This document shows, one piece after another, positions 1-10,784 of a DNA stretch of 33,933 nt (its first letter is position 1; each line of letters opens with the position of its first letter). A program made the translations under genes and the position numbers. The DNA lies in NCBI RefSeq assembly GCF_001194135.2, contig NC_068982.1:12107287-12141219 (forward strand), read 5' to 3'. The notes below the pieces were generated by a model that ran no database searches, had not been told where the DNA came from, and was given only the letters and a program-made list of their open reading frames with translations. The DNA comes from Octopus bimaculoides (lineage: Eukaryota).

Positions 1-383
1 AGACAGTGTCATGTGACAACTTGCTGGTGCTGCCTACTGGACCCTAGCAGCGGGAAATTTAGACAGTGTCACGTGACAACTAGCTGGGGCTGCCTGCTGG
101 AGCCTAGCAGCAGATATAAAAAGGGGAACTTGACACGACGATCAGTCGGACGCTGACACTCATTGATGCTGCATCGAAGAGGCCAGGGAATAGAAGAAAG
201 AAGACATGCACCCAATACCAGAGCTGAAGACACCTCCGAAAGGAGGGGCCCCGCCACGTCAAAACGGTAGAGGAGTAGGGGCCAAAACCGGACGTGGTTC
301 CTCCTGATGATGTCTTCAGCTAACTGGATCCTATAAAGGAGCTGTTGTGGTAGCAGACCACGAAACATGGTTGAAATTCCACA
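1..383 (+). mobile_element. LTR-like GC-rich fragment (possible solo LTR, truncated by the window start)
   Basis: Two diverged 60-bp tandem units (1-60, 61-120), TATAAAA at 115, TCAGTC at 142-147, CpG-rich, abrupt switch to AT-rich DNA after ...CCACA (383). TGGTAGCAGA at 348-357 matches the 3' end of initiator tRNA-Met over 10 nt but is not preceded by CA. Element class is inference. Confidence 0.45.
115..147 (+). promoter_or_regulatory. TATA box plus Inr-like motif with canonical spacing
   Basis: TATAAAA starts at 115; in TCAGTC (142-147) the A at 144 is 29 nt downstream, matching Pol II TATA-Inr spacing. Confidence 0.45.
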
Positions 384-2644
384 GGAAACTATCTTTTGTT
401 AAGTCAGTTGTGTATTTGTGTATATTTGCTTAGGCAAATGCACACATGGAAATACACACACACAGAAATAATTCTAAACAAATGTGTCAAGAAATAGCAT
501 TTGTGCAGAATTCATAACAAATAAATAAATAAGAATATTATCTTGATTTTGATTTTATAGCAGTGAGGTAATTAGTAAAGATCTATGTTAATTATTACAA
601 ATAATTCAAACTGTTGAATAAATTTTATGCCATGAGGTATAAATCTCATTCCACACTTTCAGTTGTTTGATTTACTTCTTTCCAATGTAGAACATCGTTA
701 GTTATCTCATAATCTGCTGTTTGATATTATTCTATTAATTATTGTTTATTGCTGATGTTGGTCATTCAAAATGTTCAATATTAGCAACAACGAACGGAAG
801 CAGCAATACTTGAGGACACTTGAACTCAGAGGTCTATTGGTATATACCTAACTGGAGCTATTGTTAGACATGCTTGTATGAGATATAGCTTTACTTTGTA
901 GCAGACCAAAATAGAATTAAACAAACCGCATAGCAATTGTTTGAAATAGGAATTTTTTTTAAAGCAAATGATATCAAAGATTACAATAAAATGTTAATCT
1001 TTACTTTTAAAAAATAAATATTTTGATCAAGTCGTTACAGAATTTAGAGTCATAAATATAATTAACTTTGCTTTTATGATTTAAGTAGTATTATTCTTAT
1101 TATTAAATTTTTTGGTTATAAACGTTTATGTATAATAATATATTTAAGAATTGAATCAGTTATTTTATTGAAATACTTGAATTAGTTTGCATTGTAGAAC
1201 AAAATGAACAAACAAAAAAATCCTTCTAAACGCTTTTTTGTTCTTTTAAAATAGAGTTTATTCTATTGTCATGTCTGTTATATCAACTCATTAATGGTAA
1301 GGCCAGTGCTAATGTACTTAGTATATAGTCAACCTAGAAATTTCAATTAATTAAAAGCAGCCATAGAGAAGAGAAATATTCATTAGTTTAATGCTGTGGC
1401 ATAGCAGTGGGATGCAGTTGCGCCTCAGGGCAAGGCTGGATATGAAGAGGCACACAATTTCCTCTTGCTTGTCATGCCTGCTAACTAAAGTGGGGTTTCC
1501 AAAGCTGTTTTTATCCCAGAGTGCTGAGAACCCTTGTTAAACCACAGCTGGATCAAGAAATACTGGGGAATCAACACCAAAATTTTAATAAATTCTAAAA
1601 AATAGCATGTGACTTATGTAGTAGGGAGTCAGTTTCATCTTGGCAGTACTGTGACAGCACTGTAATGTTTCAGTCCTATTAGACCTCCTCAGCTAAATAT
1701 AACATTTACCAGTGCTGTCAAACAAAAACGATGACTTCAGTGATACATAGATTTTTCTTCATGAATAAACACTACACAACGGGATGGGATGACTTATAAG
1801 GGCTGTGGAAAAATATCCAGGGATGTATTTTGTATGAGATCAAAATAACAAGGTCAATACTTATATTCTTACATCTCTAGTTGTGTTCCTATCGGTCAGC
1901 AAGTACCTTATAATTCTTCATTTCATTTGCATTTATGTATGCATTCCTTTTCAATTTCTATCTTGGACTGATGACCAACAATGACAGACTCTTCAAAGTG
2001 ATTAGTAAGAATTTAAAATGGAATTCATCTGAATGAATCTGTTTTGTTTCTTTTTAGTCAGAGATCTAATAGTTGTGAGATTATATACTTAAGCTTATAT
2101 GATTATAGATATAATATACATATAAACATTACTGACACAATTATACATATACTTAAAGAAGTCATGGAGTGTGTTCGAAGATGTGAGAAACTACATGAAT
2201 ATTTATGATCACACTTGAATTCACAAGAGGACAAATTAATTGTTGAAGAGAAATTTTCTCTACAAATAAAAAGAAAATTGTATGATATTATCAGGAATAT
2301 AGAATAATGAAACTAGAGTACATATAACCTATGGAATTGGATGAAAGAAATTTGATTTACTTCATCTGTGAGACTGATTGAGTTAGGAAGTGTTTGCAAA
2401 TCAAAGGTTTAACGCATGCTTTGGAAAGATAAAGAGAGGAAAAAAAACTCTGTACACAAATGGTCATTTGAGTATGAACTGGCAGAGTTGCAAAAGTACA
2501 GGACAAATTGCATTGTAGTAAAATATCTGGCATTTTGCCATCTGAGTTCAAATCTGACTGGACACCTACCCTTGTCACTTTTCACCTTTAATCTCTCAAC
2601 TGGCACAAAAACACTCTCACCTCAATACTACTCCTCTACTCTCA

Positions 2645-2915
2645 GCTGAGGAGTTTTGTCATGCAAGTTGCTGGGTGACCCTGTTGGTGGTGATACCACA
2701 TAAAAAGCAGTGGTGCTGGTACCATGTAAAAAGCACTCGGTACACTCTATAAAGTGGCTGACCGCTGTAAAATAGGAAGGGCATCAAGCTGTAGAAACTG
2801 TGCCAAAATAGACAATTGAGCCTGGTGTGGTTCCTGGCCATATCAGCTTCTGTTAAACCATCCACCATGCCAGCATGGAAAATGGACATTAAATGATGAT
2901 GATGATGATGATGAC
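2645..2915 (+). mobile_element. RTE 3'-region-derived repeat copy (family B)
   Basis: Carries TAGGAAGGGCATC.AGCTGTAGAAAC...CCATGCCAGCATGGAAA..GGAC.TTAAA followed by a (GAT)n tail, as in the RTE 3' end at 32770-33430. Confidence 0.8.
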
Positions 2916-3254
2916 AACTGAAATACCAGTTTCAGGCACTGGACTGGTGAAATTGTTAGAATGTTGGGTAAGAAATCTTGAGGTAGTTCTGGTCTTTTAC
3001 ATTCTGAGTTCAAATCCTACCTTGCCTGACTTAAGTCATAGAGATAATCCTTTGCTTAGTATAACACCATCACTCCATCCTTGGATGCCTCAAAATGGAC
3101 TTCATTTTGTTGCGAACCTTCTGACCAGGTCAGTGGAATGAGGATATTTGGTTTCCTGCCACTGGTCTTGGAGGCTGTATAAATGGTTATTAAGCACATT
3201 GCCTTCCCCTCCTGACTATGCAACAACAACGACAACAACAAAAAGTTTGAAGAA

Positions 3255-3420
3255 TACCATTTGAGCATGGCTGATGCCAGCGCCACCTGACTGGCTCCCA
3301 TGCCGGTGGCACGTAAAAAGCACCCACTACACTCTCAGAGTGGATGGCGTTAGGAAGGGCATCCAGCCGTAGAAACCTTGCTAGAACAGACTGGAGCCTG
3401 GCTTACCAGTCCTTAGTCAC
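3255..3420 (+). mobile_element. family B internal fragment
   Basis: GGTGGCACGTAAAAAGCACCCACTACACTCTC...TTAGGAAGGGCATCCAGC motif shared with other copies. Confidence 0.75.
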
Positions 3421-3429
3421 AGTCATTCA

Positions 3430-3790
3430 ATCTGATAAAAATAGCAGCCAAATCTTCCTTAAATCACACCATACCATCCTAAAAAAGGGGGATGACTCAG
3501 TGGGCAGCAGATGGAGGGCCATGAGTGGAATGTCGTTGATCATAAACAACAACAACAACAATGAGAGAAAGTAAAGTTGTTGCTGTTGTTGTTTAACTTC
3601 AGATCAGCTCTGACTGAGTTAGAATATAATCAATCCAAGATTTTCCGTCCAGGATTATCCCAATTTTTTCAAGTTCCGTAAAATCTAGTTATTTTCCCCA
3701 CTAAGTCCTTCTTTTTTACAATAGTGGGATGCAATTTGAACAAATTTGACTGCTATTTCTAGCTTGCCCAATATAAAAGGTTCCTTTGTT
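3430..3790. mobile_element. two oppositely oriented fragments of a further SINE-like family around (CAA)n/(GTT)n
   Basis: AAATAGCAGCCAAAT..CC.T.AAATCACACC on + at about 3440; its reverse complement (GATGCAATTTGAACAAATTTGACTGCTATTTCTAGC) at about 3728-3763. The same motif recurs at about 26910 and 28250. Confidence 0.55.
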
Positions 3791-4000
3791 AGTTCACCCA
3801 AAAACAAAATAATCCTGACTAGCTGGCATGTCTGCCAACTGGTAAAATCAATTCTTTATTATTACTTTTCCATATTATGGGAAGGATTCAATAGAGAGTG
3901 AAAATTTAGTAAACTTTCATATCCTTCCCCCACAAAATTAAATATATCGATTTAGTAAATCAATGAAAATGACACTTAACTTTCTAAAATTCTAATATTA

Positions 4001-4374
4001 GGCACAGAAGTGGTTGTGTGGTAAGTAACTTGCTCACCAACCACATGGTCCCAGGTTCAGTCCCACTGCGTGGCTCGTCGGGCAAGTGTCTTCTGCTATA
4101 GTCTTGAGCTGACCAAAGCCTTGTGAGTGGATTTGGTAGGTGGAAACTGAAAGAAGCCCATTGTATGTATATATATATATATATATATGTATGTGTTTGT
4201 GTGTCTGTGTTTGTCCTTCCACCCTCACTTGACAACTGATATTAGCGGTTCAGCAAAAGAGACTGATAGAGTAAGTACTAGACTTACAAAGAATAAGTCC
4301 TGGGGTTGATTTGTTCGACTACAGGTGGTGATTCAGCATGGCCACAGTCAAACGACTGAAACAAATAAAAAATA
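4001..4374 (+). mobile_element. full-length tRNA-derived SINE (family A)
   Basis: A-box-like TGGTTGTGTGGTAAG, B-box-like GGTTCAGTCCC, CORE-like GGGCAAGTGTCTT block, internal (TA)/(TG) tract, tail ending GACTGAAACAAATAAAAAATA; at least 5 similar copies in the window. Confidence 0.85.
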
Positions 4375-4638
4375 ACAAATTATTTTACAGTCAAGTGTTA
4401 AATTTGCTTACTTTACATTTTTTTTTCTGTAAGGATCTCTTTAAATTGGTCTAATCACTTTATCAGTTTCCTTTAATTTTTGATTATGCTCTACTGTAAT
4501 TATTTCAAGCATTAATCTAAGCTTTAGTCCACTGTATGCTCTGTCACACATCAGTCTATCCACATCTGTGTTGTTTGTCTCTGGGGTACCATCTGTTGCT
4601 TATCACACCAAGCCTTTTGATTGTGTTTCAGATAATGT

Positions 4639-4682
<44 letters not shown>

Positions 4683-5262
4683 CTAAGCAAGATTGGATCT
4701 TCCACTGCTTATTTGCTACGAAGAGGTTTCCACTCCAGTGCCCCTTTCATTCTCCTTCTATCACTCATTTTTAAACATACATATTGATTTATCAATATTA
4801 TATTGTTGCCAGGAATATTTTTTTTATTGGATAAAATGAAGCAAAAAAAAAAAAAAGCATAAAGGAAAAGAAAATAGTCTTATGTACATATATACTCTAT
4901 TTCTATTTTTAATTTGGTTTTATAAGTTGGCATCTGAATCTTATAAATGTCCCAAAAACTAAAACAAATTTTGCTAATAAAGATTTTGCTTCAGTTTGCT
5001 CTTTTATTCCATTGATCTGTGAAATAGATTCAGACAATGAAAAAATTATATAATAGAAATTTTCAATAAAGAAAACCTTTGAGATTCTTACCAAATAGCT
5101 TTCTATAGGAACTTAATAAAGTTAAACTTTCTGACAAGAGGAGCTGAAATCAGAGACTACTGATTACACTACTTTATGGATATTAACAAAGCTATTAATT
5201 TAAATGACAGGAATGAAGAATACATTTAGTAATTAAATGAAAGGGTTTTATCAGACTGGTAT

Positions 5263-5885
5263 TCATCATCATCATTATCATCGTTTAATGTCTGCTTTCC
5301 ATGCTGGCATGGGTTGGATGGTTCGACTGGGGTCTAGGAAGCCAGGAGGCTGCACCAGGCCTCCAATCTGATTTGGCAGTGTTTCTACAGCTGGATGCCC
5401 TTCCTATCACCAACCACTCCGTGAGTGTAGTGGGTGCATTTTATGTGCCACTGGCACAGGGGCCAGAGGAGCCGGCATCAACCACGATTGGATGGTGTTT
5501 TTTGCATGCCACCGGCATGGAAGCCAGTCAAAGCGGCACTGAGATCAGCCACGTTCGGATGGTGCTCTTTACGTGCTACTGGCACGGGGCTCACAACTAC
5601 AATTTCCATTTGATTTGATTTTGATATTGCTGATGTTGATGTATTTGACTCAATAGGTCTCCTCAAACATGGCATGTCGCCCTACGATCCAAGGTACTTT
5701 TGAGTGGGCTAGTTATGCGACTTTGGTGTAGATTACAGCTGTGGACTCACTTTATTTGCTGGGTCTTCTCAATCACAGCATATCTCCAGAGGTCTTGGTC
5801 TTTTGTCATTGCCTCTGTGAGGCCCAACGTTCGAACATCATGCTTCACCACCACATCCCATGTCTTCCTGGGTTTCCCTCTACCC
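5263..5885 (-). mobile_element. 5'-truncated RTE LINE copy (ORF2 C-terminus, 3'UTR, (GAT)n tail)
   Basis: Minus-strand 5884-5747 translates to GRGKPRKTWDVVVKHDVRTLGLTEAMTKDQDLWRYAVIEKTQQIK*, paralogous to the ORF at 33209-33430. Confidence 0.85.
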
Positions 5886-5898
5886 TAGAGTTTATACA

Positions 5899-6041
5899 GG
5901 CGCAGGCATGGCTGTGTGGTAAGGAGTCTGCCTCTCAACCACATGCTTTTGGGTTCAGTTCCACTGTGTGGCACCTTGGGCAAGTTTCTTGGACCAAGTA
6001 AAGCCTTGTGAGTGGATTCGGTGGACAGAAACTGAAAGAAG
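5899..6041 (+). mobile_element. family A SINE head, interrupted by a LINE fragment
   Basis: GGCGCAGGCATGGCTGTGTGGTAAG...GGCACCTTGGGCAAG...GAAACTGAAAGAAG, then unrelated sequence. Confidence 0.8.
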
Positions 6042-6042
6042 T

Positions 6043-6258
6043 CCTGGTGAAAATATCAATGGCAATGTCATCACCACAGAAACCGCCTGCCTTGAATGCT
6101 GACAGGAGCACTTCAGCCTTCTTCTCCATCACCCAACTGTCCCAATTAATCTCAGCCTAACCATCACTGCAGACATAGCCACAACCAACAACACTTGGAG
6201 ACTTGATCTTGTCACTTCCTATGAAGTCAGTGTCACCCTGAAGAAGCTCAACAACCAT
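6043..6258 (+). pseudogene. LINE ORF2 fragment (endonuclease-RT linker region), RTE-like
   Basis: Manual translation PGENINGNVITTETACLEC*QEHFSLLLHHPTVPINLSLTITADIATTNNTWRLDLVTSYEVSVTLKKLNNH resembles the NG..IT......RW.EHF..LL...EV...LKKL.N pattern of RTE ORF2 linkers; one in-frame stop replaces the W. Confidence 0.65.
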
Positions 6259-6430
6259 TGTGTGTGTGTGTGTGTATGTATATATATCTATATTTAAGGT
6301 ATCTTCAATTAGGAGTGTAGCAGAGTACAGTATTAAGCTCATTCACCCTTAGAATTACCGAATTACTGGTAGTATTACAATATAATTACAGGTCTAGATT
6401 TGGGCATTCTTCATGCGTGAAAATAAAATT

Positions 6431-6805
6431 GAATAAGATAGAGTCAAGAAGAAGGATAACAGTTTGACTGTTATTTTTTAATCACTACAAATGTTTTCAT
6501 AAAACATAGTTCTCTATATATACAGGTAATTGATTATGCAACCATTTACCTGTATAATGGTATCCAGTTGTATTTCCTCAGGTGATATTCAGTTATTGTT
6601 AGCATCAAATTCGATGGGTTTTTTTAACTAATGGAGACAGCAATTCAATATCACTTGAGGAAATATAACTGGATCCCATTATACAGGTAAATGGTTGCAT
6701 AATCAAATACCTGTACATATATATAGAACTATATTGTATGAAAACACTTGAAGTGATTAAAAAATAATCGTCCAACTGTAATCCTTCTTGTAATTTATCT
6801 TATTC
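6431..6805. repeat. long inverted repeat (about 170-bp arms, about 36-nt spacer) with a hammerhead-like core in each arm
   Basis: Left arm 6431-6600 is the reverse complement of right arm 6637-6805 with scattered mismatches. Confidence 0.9.
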
Positions 6806-6863
6806 TGAGTACCTGATTATTATTTTTTCTAATATATAATTCCTGTACATCACCTCCAAACCT

Positions 6864-6909
<46 letters not shown>

Positions 6910-6914
6910 TATAT

Positions 6915-7309
6915 TTTTTTTACTTGTTTCAGTCATTTTACTGTGACCATGCTGGAGCACCGCCTTTAGTCGAGCAAATCGACCCCAGGACTTATTCTTT
7001 GTAAGTCCAGTACTTATTCTATCGGTCTCTTTTGCCAAACTGCTAAGTTATGGGGAAGTAAATACACCACACCAGTTGTCAAGCAATGGTGTGGGGGACA
7101 AACACAGACACATACACAAATACACACATATATATATATATGTATACGATGGGCTTCTTTCAGTTTCCATCTGCCAAATCCACTCACCAGGCTTTGGTTG
7201 GCCCCAGACTATAGTAGAAGACACTTGCCCAAGGTGCCACTCAGTGGGACTGAACCCAGAACCATGTGGTTGGTAAGCAAGCTTCTTACCACACAGCCAC
7301 CCTGTGCCT
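6915..7309 (-). mobile_element. full-length family A SINE
   Basis: Reverse complement of the 4001-4374 element, head to tail. Confidence 0.85.
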
Positions 7310-7475
7310 ATATATATATATGTATAGTATATATCTGTATGTGTGTGTCTTTGGGTCTATGTATGTCTCTCACCACTGATTGACAACTATTATTGAAAAA
7401 ATATAAAATTTTGGTAAGATTGTAATTTTGGTAAGATGCCCTCTTAAAAGTGGATGCTGTTTTAATTATCATGAG

Positions 7476-8066
7476 AGAACCTGTTATATGGGCGTGTGGT
7501 GTATATATAAGCTCTTGTGTTTATATAACTAGCAGGAGATAATCCTCTACCATTGTCACCAGGACATCTGGATTATGTGATTTTGGTCTTTCTTGGCATA
7601 GTCAATGGTAGATATCTGTGACTAGAGATAGCAGCAATTTCTTTGTAAGTAATATATGTAGAATCTTGGTGTCTATTCAGGCACTGGAATTGCAAATAGC
7701 CAGTGAACTTATTTAGAAATAATTAATTGTGACAGAAGCAGTATTAATACTAAAAGGTACTATTTATCCCCACTTAAAAAGGAATGTTGCACCAGAACAC
7801 AAAATACTGCATTATTTACTCTGATAGAACCACTCATATGAACTTGTGGTACAGTATCTGCCATTGATGAGGCCAAGGAAGGCTGAAATCATGTGATCTG
7901 GTATTTCTGGTGGTGATAGTGAATGGTTATCTCCCACTAGAGATATAAACATGAGTGCTCATGTGCACCACAAGTGCATGCAAGAGGTTCTGTCATGGTA
8001 CGTAATGTAGTATTTTGTGTTCTAACACAACATCTGCTTTTAAGTGGGGATAAATTATTACCTTTT
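7476..8066. repeat. compound inverted repeat A'(7476-7622) B(7752-7813) A(7849-7991) B'(8004-8066)
   Basis: Two interleaved inverted-repeat pairs read directly; block A contains a hammerhead-like core. Confidence 0.8.
7859..7903 (+). ncRNA. putative minimal type I hammerhead ribozyme (C3U variant)
   Basis: TGCCA-TTGATGA-GGCC-AAGGAA-GGCT-GAAA-TCATGTG-ATC-TGGTA: stem I 5 bp, stem II 4 bp, near-palindromic stem III, AUC triplet. Confidence 0.6.
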
Positions 8067-8180
8067 GCTATTGTTCATTTGTTAAGATGTTTGGGATATT
8101 GTGAGATATCATGTAGAGTATGACATGATGGAATATGATATTCTATTTCATACTATCTCCATCTTTGCCTTGACTGTTAC

Positions 8181-8240
8181 AGTCTTCTTTACAAAAACCA
8201 CTTGCCACTAAATGCTTGAATGCTTGCAATGTTTCTTGTG
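8181..8240 (-). CDS. candidate small coding exon, unknown product
   Basis: Pyrimidine-rich acceptor TTTTTATGTTCTGTAG, open frame AQETLQAFKHLVASGFCKED, modest donor GTAACA; no homology recognised. Confidence 0.2.
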
Positions 8241-8347
8241 CTACAGAACATAAAAAAGTATCTCAAGTAGTTAACACTGTTATTATCTAAGTTTATTTCA
8301 AACTATAAAAGTAACGACACAAAAATCATAAAACCCATTTATAAAGT

Positions 8348-8391
<44 letters not shown>

Positions 8392-8784
8392 ACACACAAA
8401 CACACACACACATTAAAATTAATGACTACTTTTCTAAAGAGTAGACTGCCTATGCATTTCAATTAATTTTCAAAACAATCTGAATTTTGGCTGTTCCAAT
8501 TAGAAACCAGTAACTTTATATATATTGGTATATTGTGATGATTTAAACTAAGTGAAATTTCAAGATAGCCTTTTTGTTATGAAATTTTAAAAGATGACAA
8601 ATTGATAGAACCATTGGAGTATTAGATAGAATGCTTTACAGTTTCAGTTCTGGCTCTGACCAGTCCGAGTTCATATCCTACCAAAGTCAGTTTCACTTTT
8701 CCTTCTTCCATAATCAATAAATGAAGTATCAGTTCAGGATAACTGATTGGCAGTTACTTATTTCAGTCATTAGACTGTGGTCAA

Positions 8785-8890
8785 GTCATTAGATTGGAAC
8801 CTGGTGCAGCCGCTGGCTCTCCAGACCTCAGTCAAACCGTCCAACCCATGCCAGCATGGAAAACGGACGTTAAACAATGATGATAATGAC
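8785..8890 (+). mobile_element. family B 3'-terminal fragment
   Basis: CAGTCAAACCGTCCAACCCATGCCAGCATGGAAAACGGACGTTAAACAATGATGAT. Confidence 0.8.
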
Positions 8891-9129
8891 ATATACAAAT
8901 GACATTTAGTGAGTAGACACAATATGACCAAGCTAGTACTGAAGTACCTAGCTATGGGTTTCAGTTCAAATCTTGCATCCAGCTCTTTGTATTCTGTGTT
9001 AAAATTCTGTCATTCAACAACAATCATCACATAGTGGATCTAGATTATGATAAATGGTCTTCAATGTCAGATGTTACAGCATCTCCATTGGAGCAATATT
9101 TTGGTTGCTTTGACAAAACAATTAAACCC

Positions 9130-9260
9130 TGCGTAGGCATGGCTCTGTTGTAAGAAGTTTGCTTCTCAACCACATGGTTCTGGGTTCAACCCCATTGTGT
9201 GGTATCTTGGGCAAGTGTCTCCTACTATAACCCGGGGTTGACCAAAGCTTTGTGATTGGA
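9130..9260 (+). mobile_element. family A SINE head fragment
   Basis: GGCATGGCTCTGTTGTAAG...GGTTCTGGGTTCAACCCC...CTTGGGCAAGTGTCT...GACCAAAGCTTTGTGA. Confidence 0.75.
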
Positions 9261-9664
9261 AATGTATAAAAGATTTAAATATTTTATGAATTGTAGACAT
9301 ATAACAAATTCTGTGTTGGAAGTTTAACAAAACAATTGTAGAAGTATAACATAAATTTTAACAATAAAATCTTGTATGGACCCTCATGGGTCGTATGGAT
9401 CCTGGTCGAGAACTACAACCTTAGATCATATGTCTGTAGAATTAGAGATGATCTGTTGCAAAAACAACCCCCTTTATGCTATATTTTAGGAAAAGAAAAC
9501 CTACAAATGTAAGGAGATACAGTAAGTTATAGTTCAATACTGGCATTTGTTGTCTTCTTTCTATATTATAGAAATGTCTTGGTAATGCATAAAATCACGA
9601 TTCTCTGAGTCTCTCATTGGCTTCTATGTCAACCAGCCCATCATACTTCTTTCACCTTTCTTAC

Positions 9665-9692
9665 CTGACAGAGCTTTCAAAATTTCTGAGAC
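9665..9692 (-). CDS. candidate micro-exon (VSEILKALS)
   Basis: Strong donor CAG|GTAAGA; in phase with the 8181-8240 candidate; acceptor adjacent to a (TA)n tract. Confidence 0.2.
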
Positions 9693-9704
9693 CTATGACC
9701 TATG

Positions 9705-9720
9705 TGTATATATATATATA

Positions 9721-9809
<89 letters not shown>

Positions 9810-9810
9810 G
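9705..9810. repeat. (TA)n/(CA)n microsatellite
   Basis: Direct reading; explains the spurious YI-repeat ORFs. Confidence 0.95.
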
Positions 9811-10085
9811 AGATATATGAGTGTGTGCATGATGTGTGTGCATATGTGTGTGTATAAAACATGCTTCGCCTTCTTTCTTATCATCATTTTCAATGAATGC
9901 ATTGACAATTCTTCAATTTAATTTGAGCTGACAAGGTTCTGCTTTAAGCCACCTCTCTACTTTCTTTAGCTGTTTGCCATAGCCAAATAGATTGATATTC
10001 CAGAAATATAATCCATTTACTTAAACTCAACTGCAGAAAGAAACTCTTAGATTTTACTGGAACAAAAATTCTTAGAATTTCTTAC

Positions 10086-10139
10086 AACTGTCCTTGTAAC
10101 TGCATTCTTCCCACATGCTTATCATTGCTGATCATATCT
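10086..10139 (-). CDS. candidate small coding exon (DMISNDKHVGRMQLQGQ)
   Basis: Acceptor TTCTTCTGTTTAAG, donor GTAAGA, 54 nt, only one open frame; no homology recognised. Confidence 0.25.
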
Positions 10140-10234
10140 CTTAAACAGAAGAAATTAAAGCTGGTTGCATATAAAACATACAAATAAGATCACTTCATTT
10201 ATTCAAAAACTTAATATTGTTCAGATTTAGATTA

Positions 10235-10273
10235 CTTGTTTATCATTATCTTGTTTATCATTATCTTGTTTAT
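10235..10273. repeat. 15-bp tandem repeat (CTTGTTTATCATTAT) x2.6
   Basis: Direct reading. Confidence 0.85.
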
Positions 10274-10544
10274 ACCAATGACAAAATTATTTTCTTATTC
10301 TTAAGTGTAACATAGGGGTTAGGTTAATATATCATAAATTGGCTGGAATTTTCATGATTTTTATCCTATATTATTGTGTCTATTAATAACATATTTGTTC
10401 ATTGATGATCTTTAAAGCAGTATATGCATAGTAATTGAGTCAAATGCCTTCATGTATATCTATCTATCTATCTGTTTGTCTAGCCTATCTGTTTGTGTGT
10501 GTGTATATATATATTCCAGTCATTTCATCATACTGAACCATTAA

Positions 10545-10692
10545 ACCCTACACATTTTTTTCTCTCAATTCTTTCTGTAGAAGAGTGTAGACTCAACATG
10601 TCAAAGACTTTTCCATTTTTCCTGAGCATTAAACTAATACACCTGCTTGTTGTTCCTACACCTGTCTTCGTCTTTTGTTTTCTGCAAATTTA
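10545..10692 (+). mobile_element. decayed copy of the hammerhead-bearing repeat at 17900-18075
   Basis: TCTTTCTGTAGAAGAGTGTAGACTCAACATGTCAAAGACTTT...CTAATACA...ACCTGTC.TCGTCT aligns by eye to the reverse complement of 17905-18030. Confidence 0.75.
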
Positions 10693-10784
10693 AACTTATT
10701 TAAGCATCGAGAAATGATTCTGTTTTGAGTAAGGAGATGAAATACACAGTTTATTATTTATTGACAGAAGAAATATTGTTTACA

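Noticed and set aside
296-380. CTGATGA (304-310) ... GAAACATGGTT (362-372) as a sixth hammerhead
   Set aside because: Stem II does not abut the core (unpaired CAC) and stem I gives only 2 bp.
2150-2500. Purine-rich stretch resembling a decayed ORF
   Set aside because: Many stops and no recognisable motif.
4001-4075. tRNA gene
   Set aside because: A and B boxes belong to SINE heads; no cloverleaf.
9490-9521. Plus-strand 32-nt exon-like segment (TTTTAG|...|GTAAGT)
   Set aside because: No partner exons, and the next acceptor would imply a 50-nt intron.
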